The position numbers and the translations under genes were made by a program. A DNA stretch of 53,581 nucleotides from Patescibacteria group bacterium (GTDB taxonomy: Bacteria > Patescibacteriota > Minisyncoccia > UBA6257 > 2-01-FULL-56-20): positions 1 through 53,581 of the forward strand of contig JBBTVY010000004.1 of assembly GCA_038063055.1 (NCBI GenBank), given 5' to 3'. Numbering within the stretch: the stretch's first letter is position 1; each line of letters opens with the position of its first letter. Of this stretch, positions 18,134 to 25,291 are shown in pieces. Below the pieces are notes generated by a model. The model was not told the DNA's origin. It made no database searches and saw nothing but the letters and a program-made list of their open reading frames with translations.

Positions 18134-21100
18134 ATGAAATACGACTTTAAAAAAATAGAATCAAAGTGGCAGAAGGTTTGGCAAAATGAAGGGGTTTATG
18201 AGCCGAATTTGAAAGAAGATAAGAATTCTACCCTTCGACCCGTTCGACCAGCTCAGGGCAAGCGGGCTCAGGGTAAAAAGGCTTCGCCTTTTTATAACCT
18301 GATGATGTTCCCGTATCCTTCGGCGGAAGGTCTTCATGTCGGGAACGCTTACGCTTTCGTTGGAAGCGACATTTATGGAAGGTTCAGAAGGATGAACTGC
18401 AATGACGTTTTCGAGCCGATAGGCCTCGACGGTTTCGGGATACATTCCGAAAATTATGCACTCAAAATCGGCGTTCATCCGGCTAAGCAGGCAAAAATTT
18501 CGGAAAAAAGATTCTATAAACAACTTGCTTCGCTAGGCAACGGATTTTCCTGGGACGAAAAACTCGAAACATACGACCCGGCTTATTATAAATGGACGCA
18601 GTGGATATTCACGCAGCTTTTTAAAAAGGGATTGGCTTATCGAAAGAAACAGCCGGTCAACTGGTGTCCTTCATGCAAGACAGTTCTTGCCGACGAGCAA
18701 GTGATACAAAAGAGACAAGAGACAAGAGACAAGAGACAAGGAATTACGTTTGGAGTATGCGAAAGATGCGATACAAAAGTAATCAAAAAGGAACTCGAGC
18801 AGTGGTTTTTCAAAATTACGGATTACGCAGAAAAGCTTTTGAAAAATATAGACGGGCTGGACTGGTCGGAGAAAGTGAAAGTCGCCCAACGGAATTGGCT
18901 CGGGAAATCCGAAGGCGCGGAAATTGATTTTGAAATAAAAACCAAAGAAAAGCCGAATTTCGTATTGCTTCACGGGTATAACGGTTCTCCGAAAGGCAAT
19001 TTTCGTCCATGGCTGAAAAAAGAACTTGAGAAAAAAGGATATAAAGTTTCCGTTCCGGCGTTGCCCAATTCCAAAAATCCGAAAGTAGCGGAACAAGTGG
19101 AATATGTTTTGAAACATGCCAAATTCGACAAAAATACCGTTCTTTTGGGCCACAGCTTGGGGGCAATCGTAGCGCTCAAGGTGTTGGAAAAACTAAAGCA
19201 GCCAGTATGGCGTTCAGTGCTTGTTGCCGGTTTCGTTGAGAATAAATTTTTGGACCATGACAGGTTTGACGAGAATACATTTGACTGGAAGTTTAATGCG
19301 AAGCGCATCCGCGCGAATGTAGGCGATTTGCACATTCTTCGCGATACGACAGATGAAGTAGTTCCGCCAGACCAAGCCAAGAAACTCCAGAACCTCTTCG
19401 GAGGAGCCGTCGCTGAATTTGCGGCGCAGGAGCCCCACATGTGCGGGAAACAGGAGCCGGAAGTGCTTCGGAGTTGTGTTGATTCAATTCGTGTTTTCAC
19501 AACCCGTCCGGACACGCTTTTCGGAGCGACTTATATGGTTCTCTCGCCGGAGAATCCGCTGATTCAGAATCTGGAATCAAGAATTCAGAATTTAGTAGAG
19601 GTTAAAAAATATATTAAAAAAGCCAAAGCGAAATCGGAAGAAGAAAAGATCGCAGAGGGACAGGTTAAAACAGGCGTTGAATTGAAAGGAATCAAAGCAA
19701 TCAATCCGGCAAATGGAAAGGAAATTCCAATATGGATCGCAGATTACGTTCTGACCGGCTACGGAACCGGCGCGATTATGGCGGTTCCGGCGCACGACGA
19801 ACGCGACTTTGAATTTGCGAAGAAATATAGATTGCCGATTATCAATGTTATCGAACCGGAAACTGGAAAATCTTTGCCGAACGAAGAATACAGGCGAAGC
19901 ATTGTTGCTATAGTGGAAGACGTAAAAACCGGAAAATTCTTAACACTCAATTGGGGACAAAAACTCGGCGGCACACTTTTCATAGGCGGAGGGATAGAAA
20001 ATGGTGAAGATGAGATTAAAGCCGCAATAAGGGAAATAAAAGAAGAAACCGGATACATAGACGTTAAATTCGTCGCAAAGACGGAGCGCATGCATCATCA
20101 TTATTTCGCTTTTTCCAAAAACGTTGGGCGAAATATAAATGCAGTAGGATTGCATTTTCACCTGTCTGGCGATAAAAAAGAAGACACAAAACTGCAGGAA
20201 TACGAAAAATTTGAAATTGAATGGCTTACAAAAGAGGAAATCCTTCAAAAAGTAGAGGATGAAAACCACATCTTGAGCTTCCGACGCTTGATTCTCGGAG
20301 AAATTTATATTGGTTCCGGGAAAATGGCGAACTCCGGCAAATTCAACGGCCTCGATTCGGAAACCGCCAAATGGGAAATAACAAAATTCGTCGGCGGCAA
20401 AAGAAAAACACAATTCCGCCTGCGCGATTGGTTAATTTCCCGCCAGCGCTATTGGGGAGCTCCGATTCCGATGGTTTACTGCGAGAAATGCGCCGCTTCC
20501 GGAAAAGGCGAACGGAAAGAGATGCCTGGATGGTATTCCGTTCCAGAAAACAAGCTGCCGGTAAAATTGCCGTTCGTAAAAGATTTTCGGCCGAAGGGAA
20601 CGGGCAAATCGCCGCTGGCCACAGTCAAATCGTTTTACGAAACCAAATGCCCGAAGTGCGGAGGCAAAGCGCGGCGTGAAACGGACGTTTCCGACACATT
20701 CCTCGATTCCGCATGGTATTTCCTGCGCTACCCTTCGACTCGCTCTGCTCGCTCAGGGCAAGTCCCGTGGGATAAGGAAATAACAAAAAAATGGTTGCCG
20801 GTGAACATGTACATCGGCGGAGCCGAGCATTCCGTTCTCCATCTCCTTTATTCGAGATTTTTGACTATGTTTTTCAAAGACATTAAACTCACAAATTTTG
20901 ATGAGCCATTCACTAAATTCCGCGCGCACGGGCTTTTGATAAAAGAAGGCGCGAAAATGTCGAAATCGAAAGGCAACGTTGTTAATCCTGACAAATATAT
21001 AAAAAACTTCGGCGCCGACACATTGCGTATGTATCTTATGTTTCTCGCGCCGTTTGAGCAGGGCGGTGATTTCAGGGATGCCGGAATTTTGGGAATCAAG

Positions 21101-21703
21101 AGATTTTTAGAAAGGGTCTGGAAAATGGGAACGCAGGCAACTTTTGCAGAACATCCGGCCAACAACAGAAAGATAAAACAGGCGCTTCACGCAACTATAA
21201 AGAAAGTTACAGAAGACATCGGAGAACTGCGGTACAATACCGCCATTTCGGCGCTGATGATACTTTTAAACGAATTCGAGGCCAACCCCGGTAATGTAAC
21301 AAAAGACGACTTCGAAAATTTTCTGAAGTTACTTGCCCCGTTCGCGCCGCATATCACGGAAGAGCTCTGGTACAGAACGCAGATAAACGCAGATGGTCAC
21401 GCAGATAAACGCAGATACATCAGCGAAAATCTGCGTAGTAATCAGCGAAAATCTGCGTTCAGAAGTATCCACTTGGAGAAATGGCCGGAGTACGACAAGA
21501 ACCTAGCGAAGAGTGAAACTTTTACGCTTGTAATACAGGTAAACGGCAAAGTTCGGGACAGCGTGGAGGCGCCCTCGGGCATCGGGAAAGAGGAAGCCGA
21601 AAAACTTGCCTTAAACAGCGAAAAGGTTAAAAATATCATTAAATCGGGAACCGCAAAGAAAACGATATACGTTCCCGGACGCCTCATAAATTTGGTTGTC
21701 TAA
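18134..21703 (+). CDS. leuS: leucine--tRNA ligase, 1189 aa, with two nested foreign enzyme domains and repeat insertions
   Basis: LeuRS core motifs are present: FPYPSAEGLHVGNA (HIGH), TTRPDTLFGATY and GTGAIMAVPAHDERDFEFA (CP1 editing), RDWLISRQRYWGAPIP, and KMSKSKGN. Confidence 0.96.
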   Translation: MKYDFKKIESKWQKVWQNEGVYEPNLKEDKNSTLRPVRPAQGKRAQGKKASPFYNLMMFPYPSAEGLHVGNAYAFVGSDIYGRFRRMNCNDVFEPIGLDGFGIHSENYALKIGVHPAKQAKISEKRFYKQLASLGNGFSWDEKLETYDPAYYKWTQWIFTQLFKKGLAYRKKQPVNWCPSCKTVLADEQVIQKRQETRDKRQGITFGVCERCDTKVIKKELEQWFFKITDYAEKLLKNIDGLDWSEKVKVAQRNWLGKSEGAEIDFEIKTKEKPNFVLLHGYNGSPKGNFRPWLKKELEKKGYKVSVPALPNSKNPKVAEQVEYVLKHAKFDKNTVLLGHSLGAIVALKVLEKLKQPVWRSVLVAGFVENKFLDHDRFDENTFDWKFNAKRIRANVGDLHILRDTTDEVVPPDQAKKLQNLFGGAVAEFAAQEPHMCGKQEPEVLRSCVDSIRVFTTRPDTLFGATYMVLSPENPLIQNLESRIQNLVEVKKYIKKAKAKSEEEKIAEGQVKTGVELKGIKAINPANGKEIPIWIADYVLTGYGTGAIMAVPAHDERDFEFAKKYRLPIINVIEPETGKSLPNEEYRRSIVAIVEDVKTGKFLTLNWGQKLGGTLFIGGGIENGEDEIKAAIREIKEETGYIDVKFVAKTERMHHHYFAFSKNVGRNINAVGLHFHLSGDKKEDTKLQEYEKFEIEWLTKEEILQKVEDENHILSFRRLILGEIYIGSGKMANSGKFNGLDSETAKWEITKFVGGKRKTQFRLRDWLISRQRYWGAPIPMVYCEKCAASGKGERKEMPGWYSVPENKLPVKLPFVKDFRPKGTGKSPLATVKSFYETKCPKCGGKARRETDVSDTFLDSAWYFLRYPSTRSARSGQVPWDKEITKKWLPVNMYIGGAEHSVLHLLYSRFLTMFFKDIKLTNFDEPFTKFRAHGLLIKEGAKMSKSKGNVVNPDKYIKNFGADTLRMYLMFLAPFEQGGDFRDAGILGIKRFLERVWKMGTQATFAEHPANNRKIKQALHATIKKVTEDIGELRYNTAISALMILLNEFEANPGNVTKDDFENFLKLLAPFAPHITEELWYRTQINADGHADKRRYISENLRSNQRKSAFRSIHLEKWPEYDKNLAKSETFTLVIQVNGKVRDSVEAPSGIGKEEAEKLALNSEKVKNIIKSGTAKKTIYVPGRLINLVV
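18231..18276. repeat. family-A repeat, in frame in leuS (N-terminus)
   Basis: The sequence cccttcgacccgttcgaccagctcagggcaagcgggctcagggtaa encodes LRPVRPAQGKRAQGK. Confidence 0.75.
18711..18738. repeat. (agagaca)x4 heptamer microsatellite inside leuS
   Basis: There are four perfect tandem heptamers encoding RQETRDKRQ. They lie between the CPSC and CERC zinc-knuckle cysteines. Confidence 0.9.
18947..19489 (+). other. alpha/beta-hydrolase (YdeN/RBBP9 serine-hydrolase-like) domain nested in LeuRS (aa ~272-452)
   Basis: It has NFVLLHGYNGSPKGNF, the nucleophile elbow LLGHSLGA, then DTTDEVVP and EPHM as candidate Asp and His. It lies between the LeuRS segments GAEIDF and IRVFTTRPDT. Confidence 0.8.
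19889..20299 (+). other. Nudix hydrolase domain nested in the LeuRS CP1 editing domain (aa ~586-722)
   Basis: A perfect Nudix box GX5EX7REUXEEXGU is present as GGIENGEDEIKAAIREIKEETGY (nt 19988-20056). Confidence 0.85.
20730..20763. repeat. family-A repeat, in frame in leuS (anticodon-binding side)
   Basis: The sequence cccttcgactcgctctgctcgctcagggcaagtc encodes PSTRSARSGQV. Confidence 0.75.
21377..21460. repeat. family-B repeat (cgcagataaacgcagat / atcagcgaaaatctgcg), in frame in leuS
   Basis: It contains internal direct and inverted copies of cgcagat/atctgcg and encodes QINADGHADKRRYISENLRSNQRKSAF. Confidence 0.8.
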
Positions 21704-21720
21704 TTGGATAAATAACAAAC

Positions 21721-22638
21721 ATGCAACATATCGGTTTCATAGTTTTTGTCGTACTTGCTTCTGTCCTTATAACCTATTCCATTTACTTGTACGGCAACCC
21801 CAATATTTTTACATTGGGTTTCGGCGTCCGCCAGGGAAACGTTCAAACTTCGACGACGAGGGTTATTACAAGACAGTATTCAAGTTCAACTGTTTCAAAG
21901 CAGCAATCCGGGCAACAAGCGGCTCCTTCGCCGTCTTATTGCGGCCAGCTCAACATAAATCTTTCGCAAATACCAGCCGGTTTTTTACTGAGAGAAATAT
22001 CTCCTTGTTTTGGGAAAATAGGAATCTCGGCTTCCCCCGGCTATCCTGGGTCTTACAGCCAAATAACCCTTTACAGCTATCTTCCTTCTTCGGCCGGCAC
22101 GCTCAACATAACCGGATGGCTTATGAAGGGGAACCGCGGCAGCCAGTATGTTCCGCAGGCGGTTAACGTTTATGACCCGTCCGGACTGTCTTCGCAGAGC
22201 GACATATATGTTAAAAACGGCGATACCGTGAAAATTTATTCGAACCAGAGCGCGATAGGGGTCAATCTGCGCCTGAATAAATGCATCGGCTATCTCGCGA
22301 ACGCCAACAAATTCAACCCGCCGCTTTACATGAATTGTCCATACGTAAACCGCTCCGACATAATCAATTTCAGCGGCCAGTGCCAGAATTACGTACTTTC
22401 TTTGGCTTCCTGCCAGATGCCGGCTCCCAACCCGCCGATTCCGCAGACGGACTACTCCTGTCGGGCTTACTTGGACAACCTGAACTACGGAGGGTGTTTT
22501 GCGAACCACAGAAACGATAACGACTTTTTGAGCAATCAGTGGGTTGCCTGGAGCGGTAGCCAGTTTCTCGATTTCCAGCATGACCGCCTTCTTCTTTTTG
22601 ACAGAAGCGGCCTGCTGGTGGCGGAATACACTTATTGA
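21721..22638 (+). CDS. secreted/anchored cysteine-rich hypothetical protein (possible lamin-tail-like beta-sandwich)
   Basis: An N-terminal TM/signal anchor is followed by LNITGWLMKG and 8 Cys in the C-terminal half. The family assignment is tentative. Confidence 0.6.
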   Translation: MQHIGFIVFVVLASVLITYSIYLYGNPNIFTLGFGVRQGNVQTSTTRVITRQYSSSTVSKQQSGQQAAPSPSYCGQLNINLSQIPAGFLLREISPCFGKIGISASPGYPGSYSQITLYSYLPSSAGTLNITGWLMKGNRGSQYVPQAVNVYDPSGLSSQSDIYVKNGDTVKIYSNQSAIGVNLRLNKCIGYLANANKFNPPLYMNCPYVNRSDIINFSGQCQNYVLSLASCQMPAPNPPIPQTDYSCRAYLDNLNYGGCFANHRNDNDFLSNQWVAWSGSQFLDFQHDRLLLFDRSGLLVAEYTY

Positions 22639-22650
22639 TTTATATAATTT

Positions 22651-23139
22651 ATGGGAAAATCTCAAATTTTATCGATTATAGGTTTCATCGTTATCGCCCT
22701 GTCGCTTTTGTGGGCCGGTTCCCGATATAGCGGAAAGATTTCCAGCGATTCGCTGGAAACACAGAAAAAACTCGCCGATGAAGCCGCGCAAGCGGAATCA
22801 AAAATAATGGAAAACCTTAAAATAACCGACATCATAAAAGGAAACGGAGCAGAAGCGAAGAGCGGCGACGTGGTCACCGTCAATTATGTCGGCGCCCTGG
22901 ATAACGGCAAAAAATTCGACAGTTCCTATGACAGAAATGAGCCACTTAGTTTCACGCTTGGCTCAGGCGAAGTGATAAGGGGCTGGGATTTGGGCGTTGT
23001 CGGAATGAAAGTTGGCGGCAAAAGAGAACTTTCCATTCCGCCGGAGCTTGGCTACGGCGCGAACGGAGCGCCGCCGGTAATCCCACCGAACTCCACGCTA
23101 CATTTTACGGTAGAGCTTTTGAAAATCGGTTCCAATTGA
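22651..23139 (+). CDS. membrane-anchored FKBP-type peptidyl-prolyl isomerase
   Basis: It has GDVVTVNYVGALDNGKKFDSSYDR, GSGEVIRGWDLGVVGMKVGGKR and IPPNSTLHFTVELL. Confidence 0.92.
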   Translation: MGKSQILSIIGFIVIALSLLWAGSRYSGKISSDSLETQKKLADEAAQAESKIMENLKITDIIKGNGAEAKSGDVVTVNYVGALDNGKKFDSSYDRNEPLSFTLGSGEVIRGWDLGVVGMKVGGKRELSIPPELGYGANGAPPVIPPNSTLHFTVELLKIGSN

Positions 23140-23181
23140 ACCGGCGGCTTAAATTATTGATTAAAGTGGTACAATAGCCAT

Positions 23182-23943
23182 ATGTTCAACTTATCGGGAA
23201 AAGTTGCTTTGGTTACCGGCGCAAGAAGGGGAATGGGAAAGGCGCACGCGCTGGCTCTTTCTGGACAGGGCGCGGCGGTTGCCGTCACAGACATAAATCT
23301 GGAAGAGTGCCAGTCGGTGGTAAATGAAATAACAACAAAGGGCGGGCAAGCTACGGCTTTCAAGCTGGATGTTTCAAATAAGACGGAAGTCAATTCCGTT
23401 TTCGATGAAGTTATTAAGCATTTTGGACGATTGGATATTTTGGTCAACAACGCGGGCATCTTCGAACCGAAACCGGCGCTTGATTTGTCGGAAAGCGAAT
23501 GGGAAAAAACTATTAACATAAATCTCAAAGGCCAATTCCTGTGCGCCCAGCGCGCCGCCAGGGAAATGGCGAAAAACAAGTGGGGGAGAATCATAAATAT
23601 CGCTTCCATAGCTTCCGGCGGCGTCGGAGTCGGTATTCCGGGCGGCGTGCATTACACCGCCTCCAAAGGCGGCATTATCGGCATGACCGAAACGCTTGCC
23701 ATAGAATTGGCGCCGCTTGGCATTAATGTAAACGTCATTGGTCCCGGGGCGATTGACACGCCTATGGTAAATGCGGCGCAGATACCGAAAGAAGAAATGG
23801 ATGTTTTTCTCAACCGCATCGTTCTTAAAAGAATGGGCAGACCCGAAGAAGTTTCCGCCGCCGTGGTTTTTTTGGCTTCCGACGAGGCGAGCTATACCAC
23901 CGGCGCGACTTTTTACATAGACGGCGGCTGGCTCTCCGATTAG
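23182..23943 (+). CDS. SDR-family oxidoreductase (FabG-like)
   Basis: It has the TGARRGMG Rossmann motif, NNAG, and the YTASKGG catalytic YxxxK. Confidence 0.92.
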   Translation: MFNLSGKVALVTGARRGMGKAHALALSGQGAAVAVTDINLEECQSVVNEITTKGGQATAFKLDVSNKTEVNSVFDEVIKHFGRLDILVNNAGIFEPKPALDLSESEWEKTININLKGQFLCAQRAAREMAKNKWGRIINIASIASGGVGVGIPGGVHYTASKGGIIGMTETLAIELAPLGINVNVIGPGAIDTPMVNAAQIPKEEMDVFLNRIVLKRMGRPEEVSAAVVFLASDEASYTTGATFYIDGGWLSD

Positions 23944-23964
23944 AAAAATTGTTATAATTAAAAC

Positions 23965-24417
23965 ATGAACGATTTTGACGGCGACATCTCTGATTCGGAA
24001 CAAGAAAACAGGCACGGAAAAAGGGCCACGCATCCCCAACACTATTACGGCGACAACGTTAGAAAACTTTTTGTTGCCGGCGCGCTGATAATGCTTGTCA
24101 CTTTGCCGTTTTTCAAGGATTTTATCAGCGTCCCGGTTTCCTATTACATTATGGCGATGATTTTTTTGGGCCTTGTGGCCGGGTTTACCAATCCGAGGCA
24201 CCGCTGGGTGGTAATATTTAACGTAGCCATTTCGATTTATGCCATATTCTTTTTCGAGTCCGAGGCCATTTCCGCATTCGACTTTTATCAGAGAGAAATA
24301 TGGTATTTCTGGACAAACCAGCTTCTGGCGTTTATTTTCCTGATGTCTCTTTACTATGCCGCAAAGACGGAACGCGGCGCCTGGTTCAGGCACAGAAGGC
24401 ACGAAAATAATGAATAA
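23965..24417 (+). CDS. small membrane protein, hypothetical
   Basis: The 150-aa product has 4 predicted helices and is followed immediately by a terminator. Confidence 0.6.
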   Translation: MNDFDGDISDSEQENRHGKRATHPQHYYGDNVRKLFVAGALIMLVTLPFFKDFISVPVSYYIMAMIFLGLVAGFTNPRHRWVVIFNVAISIYAIFFFESEAISAFDFYQREIWYFWTNQLLAFIFLMSLYYAAKTERGAWFRHRRHENNE

Positions 24418-24424
24418 CTAAAAA

Positions 24425-24446
24425 CCCCGCCGTTGCGGGTTTTTTT
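24425..24446 (+). terminator. intrinsic terminator
   Basis: A cccgc-cgtt-gcggg hairpin is followed by T7. Confidence 0.75.
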
Positions 24447-24473
24447 AAAAATTTTTATCCACAACCGCCATTA

Positions 24474-24501
24474 TTGACACGAGTTTATCCGGCTATATAC
24501 T
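24474..24501 (+). promoter_or_regulatory. sigma70-like promoter TTGACA-16-TATACT
   Basis: The hexamers were read directly. It sits about 10 nt upstream of the riboswitch-like element. Confidence 0.6.
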
Positions 24502-24510
24502 GGTCTTGCT

Positions 24511-24643
24511 GTTATTTGTCGGGCGAAAGCCCGAGTCAACCGTAGACAGGAAGTGAGGTTTGATTCCTCCACTATGCCGTAGCGGTAATGTCCCGATCCT
24601 GAGTTTATCGAAGGAGAGGGAACAAGTCCGATCGTCAAATAAC
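24511..24643 (+). promoter_or_regulatory. cobalamin-riboswitch-like aptamer
   Basis: A closing helix pairs gttatttg (24511-18) with caaataac (24636-43). The core GGAAGTGAGGTTTGATTCCTCC..GCCGTAGCGGTAA resembles the B12 aptamer consensus, and AAGTCCGATCGTC sits at the B12-box position. The downstream genes are DUF4430-type. Confidence 0.6.
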
Positions 24644-24702
24644 ATAAAATTCCCGAGCAGGAAGTAGGCCGTTTCGGCTTATTGGATATCGATGATATTT
24701 CA

Positions 24703-24727
24703 CTTCCGCTCGGCGCGGAAGTTTTTT
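24703..24727 (+). terminator. riboswitch expression-platform terminator
   Basis: A cttccgc-tcggc-gcggaag hairpin is followed by T6. The left arm can alternatively pair with ggaagt at 24660-24665. Confidence 0.65.
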
Positions 24728-24733
24728 ATTTTT

Positions 24734-25282
24734 ATGAGCAAAAAAATATCTGTAATTTTAATTTCCGCTTGCGCCGTTTTCGGCATTTTATTCGTTCTAA
24801 TCGGGGACAAAGCGTTTTTGAACCGGACTTCTCCGACAGAATCAACGCAAAATAAAACAGACGATATTGTCGAGAATTCACCGCAAATTGATTTGCCGGA
24901 AAAGCTGAAGGTTCAATCGCCGGCAAAATCGGCTCCGGATAATACAGTCATTCAGCCTGACAATAGTTCTGCCGTGAGCTCATCCGATGACCAAAAAATA
25001 AAAGTTTCATTTACGGCGGGGGAATTTTCGCGTTCTTTTGATATTCCCGCTGATTCAACGGCGTACGACCTAATGACGGAGCTTGCTTCAACCACAGATT
25101 TCGCTTTTAAAAGCCGATATTATTCGGGGCTCGGATATTTCGTTCAGGAAATAAATGGTCGGCCCAACGCCGGCGGCGCCTATTGGACTCTCTACGTCAA
25201 CGGCAAATATTCGAATGTCGGCGCGTCGCAATACAAGCTTCAGCCGGGGGACGCGGTCGAATGGAGGTATGAAAAACAATGA
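24734..25282 (+). CDS. anchored DUF4430 (transcobalamin beta-domain-like) protein
   Basis: I start it at ATG 24734, downstream of the terminator (MSKKISVILISACAVF signal anchor). The C-terminus is GGAYWTLYVNGKYSNVGASQYKLQPGDAVEWRY. Confidence 0.8.
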   Translation: MSKKISVILISACAVFGILFVLIGDKAFLNRTSPTESTQNKTDDIVENSPQIDLPEKLKVQSPAKSAPDNTVIQPDNSSAVSSSDDQKIKVSFTAGEFSRSFDIPADSTAYDLMTELASTTDFAFKSRYYSGLGYFVQEINGRPNAGGAYWTLYVNGKYSNVGASQYKLQPGDAVEWRYEKQ

Positions 25283-25291
25283 AAATTTAAG

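Noticed and set aside
18947-20299. Inteins as an explanation for the extra domains in LeuRS (and ValRS at 49580-50113)
   Set aside because: There is no Cys/Ser/Thr at the insert start followed by a His-Asn + Cys/Ser/Thr junction, and no Hint or LAGLIDADG blocks. The inserts instead carry alpha/beta-hydrolase, Nudix and His-phosphatase catalytic motifs.
21696-22166. 156-aa ORF overlapping the leuS stop and the next gene in another frame
   Set aside because: The 21721-22638 frame has an ATG, a signal anchor and continues for 305 aa. The alternative frame is R/F-rich and truncated.
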